The translations under genes were made by a program, and so were the position numbers. The notes below the pieces were generated by a model. The model was given only the letters and a program-made list of their open reading frames with translations, was not told the origin of the DNA and made no database searches. Below, piece after piece: positions 46,001 through 54,154 of a DNA stretch of 56,479 nt; the first letter of the stretch is position 1, and each line of letters opens with the position of its first letter. Source of the DNA: a virus (taxonomy: Duplodnaviria; Caudoviricetes); the IMG/VR virus record IMGVR_UViG_3300035183_000127, positions 1-56,479 of that record; one strand, given 5' to 3'.

Positions 46001-49000
46001 TCGTGTCCGAGCGCGACCCAGACGAGAAGGAGAAGTCCATCTACAGGGCGTACGACCTCCCTGTGCAGAAGGTATACGTTCTGGACGCTGGCGGCAAGAG
46101 GGTCCACGTCTACGAGACCTCCGACAACAAAGTCATCGCAAACCTGTCGCTCGTCGACAGGAACAAAGGTGTCGGCTCAGTCGTCTACCAAGCCGTCGGG
46201 ACGTGGGCGTACAACAGCGGCAAGAAGTTCCTCGGCGACCCGGTAGCCCTCTCCACGAGGGCCCTGTTCCGCCGCACCATCGCCATGCTCTCCAACGCCC
46301 TCCGAGTCGGGTCGACGTCACACCTTATCCCGCACCGCGACCAGTTGGCTGCCGGGCTAACGTGGGAGAAGGGTGACGACGAGTACAACATCGGGTCGAT
46401 GGCGGCGTGGGTTCGTGACACGCTCGCCATGTATGCGCCGCAGACGTACGACCCTGAGTTCGACCCGAAGAACCCGTACAGGCACCTTGGCGCATTCCGT
46501 CCGTCTGCTGGCGTCGACCAAGCCACGGCGGCTGGCGGAGAGAAAACTAGGGCACAGACGTCGATCACAGACACGATTCTGAAGGACGCCGAGGTTTCTG
46601 CGGCAGACACTCCAGCCGTTCTGTACTCGCTCGACGATTCTCCCTTCTACTCTGAGCTTCTGAAGAGGGTTCAGGAGACGCCGACGAAGGTTGCCCCTCC
46701 GTCTGGGTGGAAGTCGTTCCTCAACAGCCTCGTCAACAAGGGGCTGGCGAAGAAGGACGAGATCGAGTGGAGCGGCATCAACGAGTGGCTCGACATGCAG
46801 GGGACAAAGATCACGAAGGACGAAGTCATCGGCTACCTTGCAAACAACGGCGTCAATGTCGGCGAGGTCATCAAGACAGACGAAGACGAAACTGCCTACC
46901 GCGAATACAGGGTTGGTCCGTTCAAGCGCTCCGGGAAGAACTACACCGAGCTTGTGCTTAAGCTGCATTCACGGCCATCGAAATACGCAGAAGAAGAGTT
47001 CTTCTACGGAAACCAGAAACATAGCCCCGAAGAGAAAGTAAAGCATGCCATCGCCAACATTGGTGGCGAACACAGGTACCTGAACTACTTTATCAACAAT
47101 CCGCACTGGGGATACAGGAACGTTCTGGCGCACGTCAGGTTCGACTCATTGTACGGCGGTGGACCGTATGGCCTTAAACGGATACTGCACGTGTTCGAGG
47201 TCCAGTCAGACTGGGCGCAGCTTGGCCGCAAGCGTGGGATGTCTGACGTCGACAAGATGGACCTCAGCTTCGTCGACGAGGATTTCAGGAAGGCAAGAGA
47301 AAGGTACGAGGTCACCAAAGACTACCACAAGGACGACTTCGGCGACTGGGCCAATATGGCCACAAAGTGGCATACATTCCATGAATCGATTGCCAGCAAG
47401 ATTTCGAAAGAAGATTTCGATCTGCTGGAGCGCTTCTTCTCTGATGAAGGCGAAAGAGTCGTCAAGGCTGAAGAGAAGGACAGGGTAATCAAGGCGCTCA
47501 TGGATGCATCGCACGCACAATACAGGGCAAACCTCTCGTTGGTGCCGACGTCGATATTGTCGACTTACTACCTCCGCGACAAGGAGGCAGATAGAACAGT
47601 AGTTCGTGGAAACGACATAAAAGACATTGAGAACGAGGTTGAAGATATCGCCAAAGAAGCAGCCATCAGGCGCGCGCGCGAAAATGGGTTCTTAAGTGAA
47701 CTGCCTGCAGCCCCATTCGTCTCGCGCAAGTTTGGCGACAAATTCACGTCTGATACCGAGTCGTGGGTTTCTCTTGCTCTAAAGAGGATCCTTGTCTACG
47801 CCGCAAGAAACGGGTACGACATCGTTGGCATCTCGAACGGCAAGAGGGTGGCCAACATCTACAACTTTGACCGCCGCGTCAAATCAATAACCGTAGACAG
47901 GTTGTCAGGGGATAACGAACACACTATTTGGTACGAGACAAAGAAAGGAGAGAGGAACAGGGTTCATGGGTTCATTTCGCGCGACGAGCTTGAGAACTAC
48001 ATCGGCAAGGAGCTTGCCGAAAGGGCGCTCGCAAGACTGGACTCCGGCGAAAAGTCTGTGGAGTTCAAGGGTGACGACCTGAAGATAGAGAACAATGGTC
48101 TGGTCAGGTTCTACGACGAAGTCGTCCCGAACATCCTCCGCAGGGTGGTGAAGAAGTTCGGTGCTGGTGAGGTGAAGACCGGGAAGGTCGACCTCAACGT
48201 GAACTTCCACGGAGACACACGGTTCTCCGGTACGTACGTCGAGATCACGCCAGAGCTTAAGCAGAAGCTGTCCGGCGGAGCGCCACTCTTCTCGATCTCC
48301 GAAGGAAAGATAGACATCGACCTCAACGGCCTCCGCGCCGCGATCAACGACCGCCTCCGTGACGGCAAGAAGTTCGGGTGGTGGGACCGCACCGTCGGGA
48401 CCGACTACCACAAGGCATCGAAGGATGCCGACTTCAAGCGCACGTTCGACCTGACGCAGAAGTTCCTAAACGACGTCAGCGGAATCGCGTCACGCGTTGC
48501 TGACCAAGCTCCACTCATCCTCCCCAAGATGAAGCACTGGACCGACGCGTTCCGTGGCGCGAAGGACGACTTCACCGGGAAGAAGAAGAGCGACCTAGTC
48601 GCCGTCTCCCACGCTATCTTCGCTGGGACTCTCGCTGGCGAGACGCCGATGGACGGGAAGGTCTGGACGGACAAAGAGTTGCGTGAGATGGGCCTGAACG
48701 ACAGGCAGATCGAAATGTACCGCCAGACGCGCAGGGCCATCGACGCCTCCCTAGACCAGCTTGCGACGAGCGAGATGGTGCGTATCACGTCCAACATGGG
48801 GATCGACGACGCCCGCGAGGCCGTCAGGGAGCTTCCTCCGCAGGCTGCCGCCGAGTGGCTGATCGGGGCTCTTGATTCGTCGGACGCCGTCTCTGACGAC
48901 ATCAAGGAGCAGGTCGCCAAGATTCTGCGAGAGAAGGCCTCCCGCGTCGAGATGATGAAGGCGAAGGGGTACGCGCCTCTGATGCGGTTCGGCGAGTATG

Positions 49001-50952
49001 CGCTCGAATTCGAAGTCGACGGCGAGTACAACTTCATGCTCTTCGAGAGCAACGCGGAGCGCATGCGCGTTGCGCGCGAGATGGCTGCGGCTGGCGCTAC
49101 GAACATCCGCACCAGCATCATGTCGCGCCGTGGGTACGAACTGTTCCGTGGCCTCGACATGAACTCCCTCGAAGTCTTCGGAGACATCGCCGACCTCGAC
49201 TACGTCGACGAGAAGGGTAACGTCGTCACTATGAGGCTTGGGGACGACGAACTGTTCCAAGCGTTCGTCAAGGCTGCGACATCCAACCGGTCGACCCTCC
49301 GCAGACTCATCAAGCGGAAAGGTATCCCCGGGTACGACACTGATATCCAGCGCGTTCTGGCGAGCTTCATCACCAGCAACGCGCGGATGTCGTCCGCAAA
49401 CTACAACATGAAGGACATGGTCGAGTCTGCGGCGTCCATCGACAAGATGAAGGGGGACGTCCGCGACGAGGCGATCAAGCTCGTGAACTACGTCAGGGAT
49501 CCGAAGGAGGAGTCGTCGAAGATCAGGGGCCTCCTGTTTGCCGACTACCTCGGCGGCTCCGTTGCTTCGGCGGCGGTGAACCTGACGCAGGTTCCGATGA
49601 TGTCGTACATCTACCTGTCGCAGTGGGGCTTCTCTAGGGCGGCCTCGGAACTGAAGGGCGCTATGAAGGTTGCCCTGTCGAAGAGGGAGCCGAGCGGAGA
49701 ACTCGGCGCTGCTCTGAAGCAGGCGTCAGAAGAAGGCATCGTCGAGCCGCACGAGATCCACATGCTGTATGCGGAGGCGTCGAGAAACTTCGGATCTGAC
49801 ATGAGGGTCCGCAGGTTCATGACGGTGTGGGGGTCGATGTTCTCGGCGGCTGAGGCGTTCAACAGGCGCACGACGTTCGTGGCTGCATACAACATCGGGT
49901 CACAACTTACGGATGACCAGCTTCGTGAAGCTGGAGTCGAGTCGGCGTACGACTTCGCTGTCAAGGCCGTACACGAGACGCAGGGCATCTACAACAAGGG
50001 CAACAGGCCAAACTGGGCGCGCGGCCCGATTGGTGCTCCGCTGTTTACGTTCAAGCAGTACTCGATCATGTACCTTGAGCTGCTGAGGAGGCTTCCGAGG
50101 CCGCAGCAGCTTGCGATGCTCGGGATGCTCGTCCTGATGTCTGGCCTCAGCGGCCTACCGTTCGCCGACGACATTGACGACCTGATCGACACGATTGGCC
50201 AGTGGCTCGGGCACAACACCCACATGAAGCTGTGGAAGCAGAAGGTTCTGACTGACATGCTCGGGAAGGATGTTGCTAGGTTCGTCCTATTCGGCGCATC
50301 CGCCATCCCCGGCGTGCCTCTCGACGTTCAGGGTAGGCTGTCGATGGGGAACCTGATCCCGGCGTCAGACATCCTGAAACTCAGCAACACGGACCGGCTG
50401 AAGTCTGCGGTCGAGGTCGCTGGCGCCCCCGGAGGGTTCGTGCAACAGGTTCTCAGGGGAGTCAGCGCTGTTGGGTCAGGCGGGATTTCGGAGGGTGTTA
50501 AGGAGTTCGCTCCTGTTGCCGTCAAGAACTTCCTGCAGGGCGTCGACATGCTCCAGACCGGCATGTACCGCGACTACCTTGGGAGGCAGGTCGTCAAGAC
50601 TGACACTTACAACGCCATCGCAAAAATCATCGGGTTCCAGCCGTCGGTGGTTGCTGAGGAGTCAAGAAGGAGCCGCGCAGTTCAGGAGATGGTCACCCTC
50701 GTACGGGAACGCGAAAGCGAGATCGCGCACAAGTGGGCCGAGGGAATGTTCATGCATGACAACGGCATGGTCCGGGAGGCGATGGACGAGCTTAGGTCGT
50801 GGAACGAAAGGAACCCGGACTTGAGGATCAGGATAACGCCGGAGCAGATCAGGAGGCGTGTCAAGGAGATGTCGCTCACGCGCGAACAACGTGTCGCCAA
50901 GTCTGCGCCGAAAGAGATCAGGTCAACCGTCCGTCGGGAGCTTGGGCTGTGA
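40048..50952 (+). CDS. Giant polyvalent ejected protein (HExxH peptidase, two ART-like domains, GNAT-like domain, PLxRFG domain)
   Basis: HEATH at 41863; FWKWFGDS.VVD..G.P.VLYHGT...GFYLS; EVQSDW; GYAPLMRFG at ~48967. Confidence 0.88.
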   Translation: MAKTFSSYEEFRDAVRSVPGQENLPERDIAARWMRDYDTLTGAQNKDDEPGAFSRGFQQTVVQLPMLIGGTIFAIGDKYDLDSWREYGADLYQRKSDELEKLSKETDSFTRNWEQGNAQDWLEFAKYGLGYTAGQALQSVATGGVGSIIGKTIAKKAIEGFIERKIAEKVASGMALKEAEKSVAREAAAAMAAGRNIGAATALQGYNFTQELGEIYPEMVLEAQKNGQEITDEDRNRAFLSAGAAAGTETLADIVGLGRLIKGGRGGSFLGRVAREVPAGMAREGAQEFVQTGIERYGKGQEVFSPEGWREMIDAAALGAVGGAGGGAIASLRSSSEISTKASDYAKDSVLKAAIEKIQDAQSTDEVLQAAAAASSLKSEAEALDSQQAPAVQTQQPQLGTQSEQTLAAPTTDTTEAAPGQPLGAPPTVMTEVAPGQLQPEMLASREGVRPLLTTDIAGTPAERIEGARFESPEAAESAARTLGTSEQRFEPFMTKTGTFAIERTDMKDAADRVSRFVSEVNAQIEDLKAKGKYAGELQSFDAVPVPHEMVPGGSIISGIGRILRRKVQFFRQTKGDKTVNGALGTDGTIFVNVKSKHPLMQVFFHEATHAMEKDTPELYKEFLKAVEPFIPKAELDRTKSTYGNLGDAVKEAAANVAGSVTTNEGFWKHLAQKSPNGFRAFSQKLMSILNRVLQVLRGQGTPMARVAEKKVAELEKTVAEYISRYESVLRGREKLAEYQKQVAAKKQAAAQTQTPVQNQEAVQNQQSEQAKEQQSKSTQETEQTTEATKSTEETGQQKVEPKKKRKATNVVRKAVPKLSVASDEEAENTLDEILSDPKKLVEASARAFGDRPTEQDVISTFNQLKDYRRIVTDGRKSDADMSVLADAIKAASKGEKVNVEPAQESPSYSLATKESFTKDGIKELPKLRGWAVLTAEDPNNQKASDEYNKAAMESLRAWLKAEGVDYVDVVGKYDTIQNSVAVFGDKVDNKFAERARKKFEQQSVLIPEGLLYENGVLDPATGESSAAPDADNYYTILPDGTKWQYGIDFENRTTLDEFRSNPRFSLSEDEEDDGVETKEEKKRIFRAALTISSKLKYKPIEEYSPAAARQLVKRIRKIVDAELATGKGAEHWYRDDLARALWAAAAAYPEIKTNPEARGAFIAALAITSNGLSIDKNVAAAIKVYEGWKETGELPQLEFGVRGKVIASNLGIYNAIVGDLGFEGAQEFLSSKMTVKEVLIYATGVKGSIQMPMGMEVYGSAIFGPKIGHGFYSNLSGRLDALTGDRWFWRTWGRITNTLIRKKGSGEQVLAENKLRASEREFAQYVMEKVVEEYRAEGKDLTVADAQAILWYAEKRLYDSLGAAYENAKPTSYSIEVERWLDANKPGWRANAGPEPRGGRALGDRVQTRGAQEATRTDQGPEEGIPFSLSAGPSEPAVRSGRGGRPDSVEVTGIHYGRAKVPALSGSFFGRGIKGEEQRRVAASTDPRIKRRIYFYIAEGSGRPPVPEEGLGPWVYRTKLGNLWEAGVSQPLTYDTKSRDGWPVSQGELLNRFESAVLDAGYDGYVNRERGVAVVMNKDVPVELIGNRAEGPVKFSLSGDTIEVDGKVRQRRNSEGMLIHPTEEGIRNFWKWFGDSVVVDDEGRPIVLYHGTTYDFYEFKSSKLSPSSNMGKGFYLSNNVEDVNENYASEEGPDLRMKIDIALDDEAYKRGVNVEDLPKSVVRRIESRFIKHGGVIMPAYVRMVNPAVIGGPEETVFSSDPNSKLSVKRLVHNIIEASGRFRTSPNLYGALTYLLPVDRDITLSEVTRTLFNSGDYRYVFDRNGSPVPGEVLRLALQKMGFDGVVDHTVSEKFLAMAGVSGGTTHYIAFKPEQIKSATGNVGTFNPADRRIVFSLDGADEEIEAAPAPEDTSITVSENQSQKIGEDVEGYRKAANLDRGKAVLQAAGRRWLEIAGNRAIFSYGDSFETTLDGVLKDMGGDKVKFVSERDPDEKEKSIYRAYDLPVQKVYVLDAGGKRVHVYETSDNKVIANLSLVDRNKGVGSVVYQAVGTWAYNSGKKFLGDPVALSTRALFRRTIAMLSNALRVGSTSHLIPHRDQLAAGLTWEKGDDEYNIGSMAAWVRDTLAMYAPQTYDPEFDPKNPYRHLGAFRPSAGVDQATAAGGEKTRAQTSITDTILKDAEVSAADTPAVLYSLDDSPFYSELLKRVQETPTKVAPPSGWKSFLNSLVNKGLAKKDEIEWSGINEWLDMQGTKITKDEVIGYLANNGVNVGEVIKTDEDETAYREYRVGPFKRSGKNYTELVLKLHSRPSKYAEEEFFYGNQKHSPEEKVKHAIANIGGEHRYLNYFINNPHWGYRNVLAHVRFDSLYGGGPYGLKRILHVFEVQSDWAQLGRKRGMSDVDKMDLSFVDEDFRKARERYEVTKDYHKDDFGDWANMATKWHTFHESIASKISKEDFDLLERFFSDEGERVVKAEEKDRVIKALMDASHAQYRANLSLVPTSILSTYYLRDKEADRTVVRGNDIKDIENEVEDIAKEAAIRRARENGFLSELPAAPFVSRKFGDKFTSDTESWVSLALKRILVYAARNGYDIVGISNGKRVANIYNFDRRVKSITVDRLSGDNEHTIWYETKKGERNRVHGFISRDELENYIGKELAERALARLDSGEKSVEFKGDDLKIENNGLVRFYDEVVPNILRRVVKKFGAGEVKTGKVDLNVNFHGDTRFSGTYVEITPELKQKLSGGAPLFSISEGKIDIDLNGLRAAINDRLRDGKKFGWWDRTVGTDYHKASKDADFKRTFDLTQKFLNDVSGIASRVADQAPLILPKMKHWTDAFRGAKDDFTGKKKSDLVAVSHAIFAGTLAGETPMDGKVWTDKELREMGLNDRQIEMYRQTRRAIDASLDQLATSEMVRITSNMGIDDAREAVRELPPQAAAEWLIGALDSSDAVSDDIKEQVAKILREKASRVEMMKAKGYAPLMRFGEYALEFEVDGEYNFMLFESNAERMRVAREMAAAGATNIRTSIMSRRGYELFRGLDMNSLEVFGDIADLDYVDEKGNVVTMRLGDDELFQAFVKAATSNRSTLRRLIKRKGIPGYDTDIQRVLASFITSNARMSSANYNMKDMVESAASIDKMKGDVRDEAIKLVNYVRDPKEESSKIRGLLFADYLGGSVASAAVNLTQVPMMSYIYLSQWGFSRAASELKGAMKVALSKREPSGELGAALKQASEEGIVEPHEIHMLYAEASRNFGSDMRVRRFMTVWGSMFSAAEAFNRRTTFVAAYNIGSQLTDDQLREAGVESAYDFAVKAVHETQGIYNKGNRPNWARGPIGAPLFTFKQYSIMYLELLRRLPRPQQLAMLGMLVLMSGLSGLPFADDIDDLIDTIGQWLGHNTHMKLWKQKVLTDMLGKDVARFVLFGASAIPGVPLDVQGRLSMGNLIPASDILKLSNTDRLKSAVEVAGAPGGFVQQVLRGVSAVGSGGISEGVKEFAPVAVKNFLQGVDMLQTGMYRDYLGRQVVKTDTYNAIAKIIGFQPSVVAEESRRSRAVQEMVTLVRERESEIAHKWAEGMFMHDNGMVREAMDELRSWNERNPDLRIRITPEQIRRRVKEMSLTREQRVAKSAPKEIRSTVRRELGL

Positions 50953-51026
50953 CGTGGTACCTCGTTGGGCTTGCGGTATACTTGGTGGCCGCGTTGGCAA
51001 TCCTTGCCATCTCCCCGAGGCGGTAG
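50949..51026 (+). CDS. Single-TM micro-protein (25 aa)
   Basis: GTGA overlap; MTWYLVGLAVYLVAALAILAISPRR. Confidence 0.5.
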   Translation: MTWYLVGLAVYLVAALAILAISPRR

Positions 51027-51042
51027 ATCAAACGGGGGTAGC

Positions 51043-51471
51043 ATGACGACAGTAGTCGCCGACTTCACCGCTGGAATCATGGTGTCCGACTCTCAGGTCA
51101 GCGACGGCGACCAGAAGTGGTCGGCGCAGAAGATCGAGAGGGTCGGGAAGGCGATAGTCGGGTGCGCCGGAGACTGCGCCTCGATAGAGCGGTTCATGCG
51201 GTGGAGGCGCGCCGGGATGCGCGGCGGAAAACCGAAGCTGGGTGACGACTTCTGCGCCCTAGAGATCAACGAAGACGGCCTGTGGCTATGGGACAGGAAG
51301 CTTGAGCGGTTCCCTCCCGGCAGGTCGTTCCACGCCATAGGGTCCGGGGCCAAGGCCGCAACCGTGGCTATCATGCTCGGGTGCGACGCCAAGAAGGCCG
51401 TCGAGCTTGCGTGCGAGGTGGACGACGGGTCCAGCCTGCCGCTTCAGGTGCTGACCATATCGGGGAGTTGA
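51043..51471 (+). CDS. HslV/proteasome-beta-like Ntn peptidase
   Basis: Mature N-terminal Thr (M-TTVVAD), DSQ, K, GCAGD, AIGSGA. Confidence 0.85.
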   Translation: MTTVVADFTAGIMVSDSQVSDGDQKWSAQKIERVGKAIVGCAGDCASIERFMRWRRAGMRGGKPKLGDDFCALEINEDGLWLWDRKLERFPPGRSFHAIGSGAKAATVAIMLGCDAKKAVELACEVDDGSSLPLQVLTISGS

Positions 51472-52712
51472 TGGCCAACCGACCCATGTCAGAGCAGGAG
51501 ATGAGGGAGACCATCTCCCTCGTCGAAAGGTTCGGCGGGAACCTGACTGAAGCTTCCAACGCCACAGGGATACCACGAACGACTCTCGCGTCTAGGTACC
51601 AGAGGGCAACGTCGGTCCTAGGCGTAACCGCAACGAAGAGCGCCCAAGAGGGAACGAACGAGGCGGCGGCACTTCTGGACCAGATCTCGGAACTGAAGGC
51701 CGCCCTGAAGGTTGCGCGTGGAGCGTCCCTCGACGACGAGTACGTCAAGAGGAAAATCGTCGGCCTAGCCGAGAGTATGGCGAACGTGGAGCCGCCGTCT
51801 TGGGCGCTCAGGACGCCGAATAAGGGTGCGGGGTTGCCGGGTGTGCCGTGCTCGATCTGGTCGGACTGGCACTGGGGCGAAGTTGTCGACCCCGGCCAGA
51901 TCGGCGGAGTCAACGCGTTCGACCTGACAATTGCTCACGCGCGCGCCCGCAAGCTTGTGGAGCACACGATCTACCTCCTCCGTCAGCACGTCGTCCACCC
52001 AGAGTTCCCGGGCGTCGTCATTAACCTCGGTGGCGACATGCTCTCCGGGGACATCCACGAGGAGCTTTCGGAGACGAATCAGGTGCCGATGATGCCTGCG
52101 GTCATCGACCTGTACGGGGTTCTGATCTGGTGCATCAGGACGATGGCGGACGAGTTTGGGGCCGTCTTCCTCCCGTGCGTGACCGGGAACCACGGGAGGA
52201 CGACGAAGAAGCCGAGGGCCAAGAACAGGAACTTCACCAACTTCGACTGGCTACTGTACCAATTTCTGGCGAAGGCGTTCGAGAGCGACCGCCGCGTCAG
52301 GTTCCTGATCCCAGATGGTCCAGATGCGTTCTACAGGGTCTACGGCCACAGGTACCTTCTTACCCACGGTGACGAGTTCAGGGGCGGCGACGGACAGATC
52401 GGAGCCATCGGCCCGATCACCCGCGGGAACAAGCAGAAGCTCGCCAGAAACAGCGCCATCGACATGGACTACGACACCATGCTGCTGGGCCACTGGCACC
52501 AGTACATGCCGCTGCACCGGCAGATCACGAACGGCACCCTCAAGGGGTACGACGAGTGGGCGAACCGGAACAACTTCGGTTACGAGCCGCCGACTCAGGC
52601 GTTGTGGCTTACGCACCCGGAGCACGGCATCACGATCCAGATGCCGGTGTACCTCGACCAGCACGCGAAGCTCACGCAGTCTGTAGACTGGGTAAGCTGG
52701 AAGACTCCGTAA
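51471..52712 (+). CDS. Calcineurin-like metallophosphoesterase with N-terminal HTH
   Basis: SDWHWGE, GDMLSG, GNHGR, HGD, GHWH; GGNLTEASNATGIPRTTL HTH. Confidence 0.88.
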   Translation: MANRPMSEQEMRETISLVERFGGNLTEASNATGIPRTTLASRYQRATSVLGVTATKSAQEGTNEAAALLDQISELKAALKVARGASLDDEYVKRKIVGLAESMANVEPPSWALRTPNKGAGLPGVPCSIWSDWHWGEVVDPGQIGGVNAFDLTIAHARARKLVEHTIYLLRQHVVHPEFPGVVINLGGDMLSGDIHEELSETNQVPMMPAVIDLYGVLIWCIRTMADEFGAVFLPCVTGNHGRTTKKPRAKNRNFTNFDWLLYQFLAKAFESDRRVRFLIPDGPDAFYRVYGHRYLLTHGDEFRGGDGQIGAIGPITRGNKQKLARNSAIDMDYDTMLLGHWHQYMPLHRQITNGTLKGYDEWANRNNFGYEPPTQALWLTHPEHGITIQMPVYLDQHAKLTQSVDWVSWKTP

Positions 52713-52758
52713 CACCAGCTTTGCACGGTAACGCTGCCAATGTTACCGTGCTGTGGTG
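52713..52758. terminator. Long hairpin at the convergence of late and leftward operons
   Basis: GCACGGTAAC(52723-32)/GTTACCGTGC(52742-51) plus CACCA/TGGTG. Confidence 0.5.
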
Positions 52759-52803
52759 ACGTTATACTAGAACCACGCTGCATCTGGTATAACTCTGCCG
52801 CCG

Positions 52804-53109
52804 TCAGGCGGCGCCGTCTTCGTCCATGTCGACGCAGAACGTGGCGAACCCATAGCAAACATCTGTCGGGTCGCATCGCCTGATAGAATCCCTCAATGCG
52901 GAGAGGGCTTCCCTCAGCATGGACGCCACGTACTTTCTGCCGCGCGCCCTGATGATGGCGTTCGGGATGGAAACCTTCGCCACAACCTCGCCCTCCCCAA
53001 GTGGGCGCCCGATTGTCCAGAGCGTCTGGGTAAACACCTGCCTCCGGCTCCACCGGCCCCCGGGGCCGCTGTGCGAGAAATCTTTCAGGTGCGATTCCTT
53101 CTCCATCAC
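52804..53109 (-). CDS. Hypothetical protein
   Basis: 4-bp overlap with the upstream gene. Confidence 0.65.
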   Translation of the reverse strand: MMEKESHLKDFSHSGPGGRWSRRQVFTQTLWTIGRPLGEGEVVAKVSIPNAIIRARGRKYVASMLREALSALRDSIRRCDPTDVCYGFATFCVDMDEDGAA

Positions 53110-53375
53110 AGTTTCTCTTGGATCCGTCTGGCGACCTCGAACATCGCCTCGTCGGCGGCATCCGCCGCAAAACTTACCGCCTCGCTGATCGTCTTGCCGC
53201 TGAAGAGCGCATGGTTGAACGCTGCTGAATACAGCATCTTGTACATCTGCTCATCCAGCACGTTCGCGCCTGACAGGGCCGCAGCAGCCTCACTGAACTC
53301 CGGGATGTCTGGCATCGACAGCGCCCTGAGCTTCAGCCTCTCGATTAACTCTCTGTGCATGTTCTCCTCAGTCAC
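53106..53375 (-). CDS. Hypothetical protein
   Basis: 4-bp overlaps on both sides. Confidence 0.7.
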   Translation of the reverse strand: MTEENMHRELIERLKLRALSMPDIPEFSEAAAALSGANVLDEQMYKMLYSAAFNHALFSGKTISEAVSFAADAADEAMFEVARRIQEKL

Positions 53376-53737
53376 AGGCTTTGCCTCAACGCGCCGCAGG
53401 TATTAGCCCACCACGCCTCCGGCGTACCTTCAAGCCAGTATCCCACAGAACTCATCCACCTGCAGCGCCACGGTTGCCTGTCCTGCTTGTACATCAGCAT
53501 AGGCTCGTGACCTTCGTCGGCCTGCTTCTTCGCCTGCTCCCACCATTCGTCGACGATTGCTGCGGTGACTCGGCTGGCGACCTTCACCTCGATGGAGAAT
53601 CCAACAAGCCCTACGAGGTCGCTGTCTCCGTCGTGCTGACGGACACGGCGGGTCACCTTGCACCCCGTGACTTCGCTGAGAATAGCGGCAGCCTCACGCT
53701 CGCCACGCTTTCCCTTGTTCCTCTGCATCAGGCCCAT
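53372..53737 (-). CDS. PD-(D/E)xK Holliday junction resolvase-like nuclease
   Basis: RNKGKRGERE...SDL...IEVK...WWEQA..QA....P.L.Y..DR..W. Confidence 0.85.
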   Translation of the reverse strand: MGLMQRNKGKRGEREAAAILSEVTGCKVTRRVRQHDGDSDLVGLVGFSIEVKVASRVTAAIVDEWWEQAKKQADEGHEPMLMYKQDRQPWRCRWMSSVGYWLEGTPEAWWANTCGALRQSL

Positions 53738-53739
53738 AT

Positions 53740-54093
53740 TCAAGAAGTCCAGTAAAGGAGGTGCCGGCGCATGTCGTTCTCCCACCACGCGCCCGGAGTC
53801 CCCTCTATCCAGTTGCCGTAGAGTCCACGCCAACGGCAACGCCACTGCCCCCTGTGTTGGCGGTACATCAACACCGGCGAGAAGTACGCATCTGCATTGC
53901 ATAACGTCTCATCCCACCACTGGTCAACAAGCTCCTGCGTTACACGCCTTGCGACCCTGACAAATATGTGAAACCCATACGGTCCAATGAGGGTGCCATT
54001 CCTTTTGTCGCGCTTCACGAACCTCCCGGTAACGCTACCCATGACCTTCGCTGCCTCAAGCTCGAAGCGCTTACGTCTGTTCCGTTTCACCAT
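53740..54093 (-). CDS. Paralog of the resolvase lacking catalytic residues
   Basis: Aligns along its length with 53372..53737, but D and ExK are replaced. Confidence 0.75.
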   Translation of the reverse strand: MVKRNRRKRFELEAAKVMGSVTGRFVKRDKRNGTLIGPYGFHIFVRVARRVTQELVDQWWDETLCNADAYFSPVLMYRQHRGQWRCRWRGLYGNWIEGTPGAWWENDMRRHLLYWTS

Positions 54094-54154
54094 ATCTACT
54101 GTCAGCCACCAATGTCAGTACGTTTACACCACCACCTACGCATGGCGAACACAG

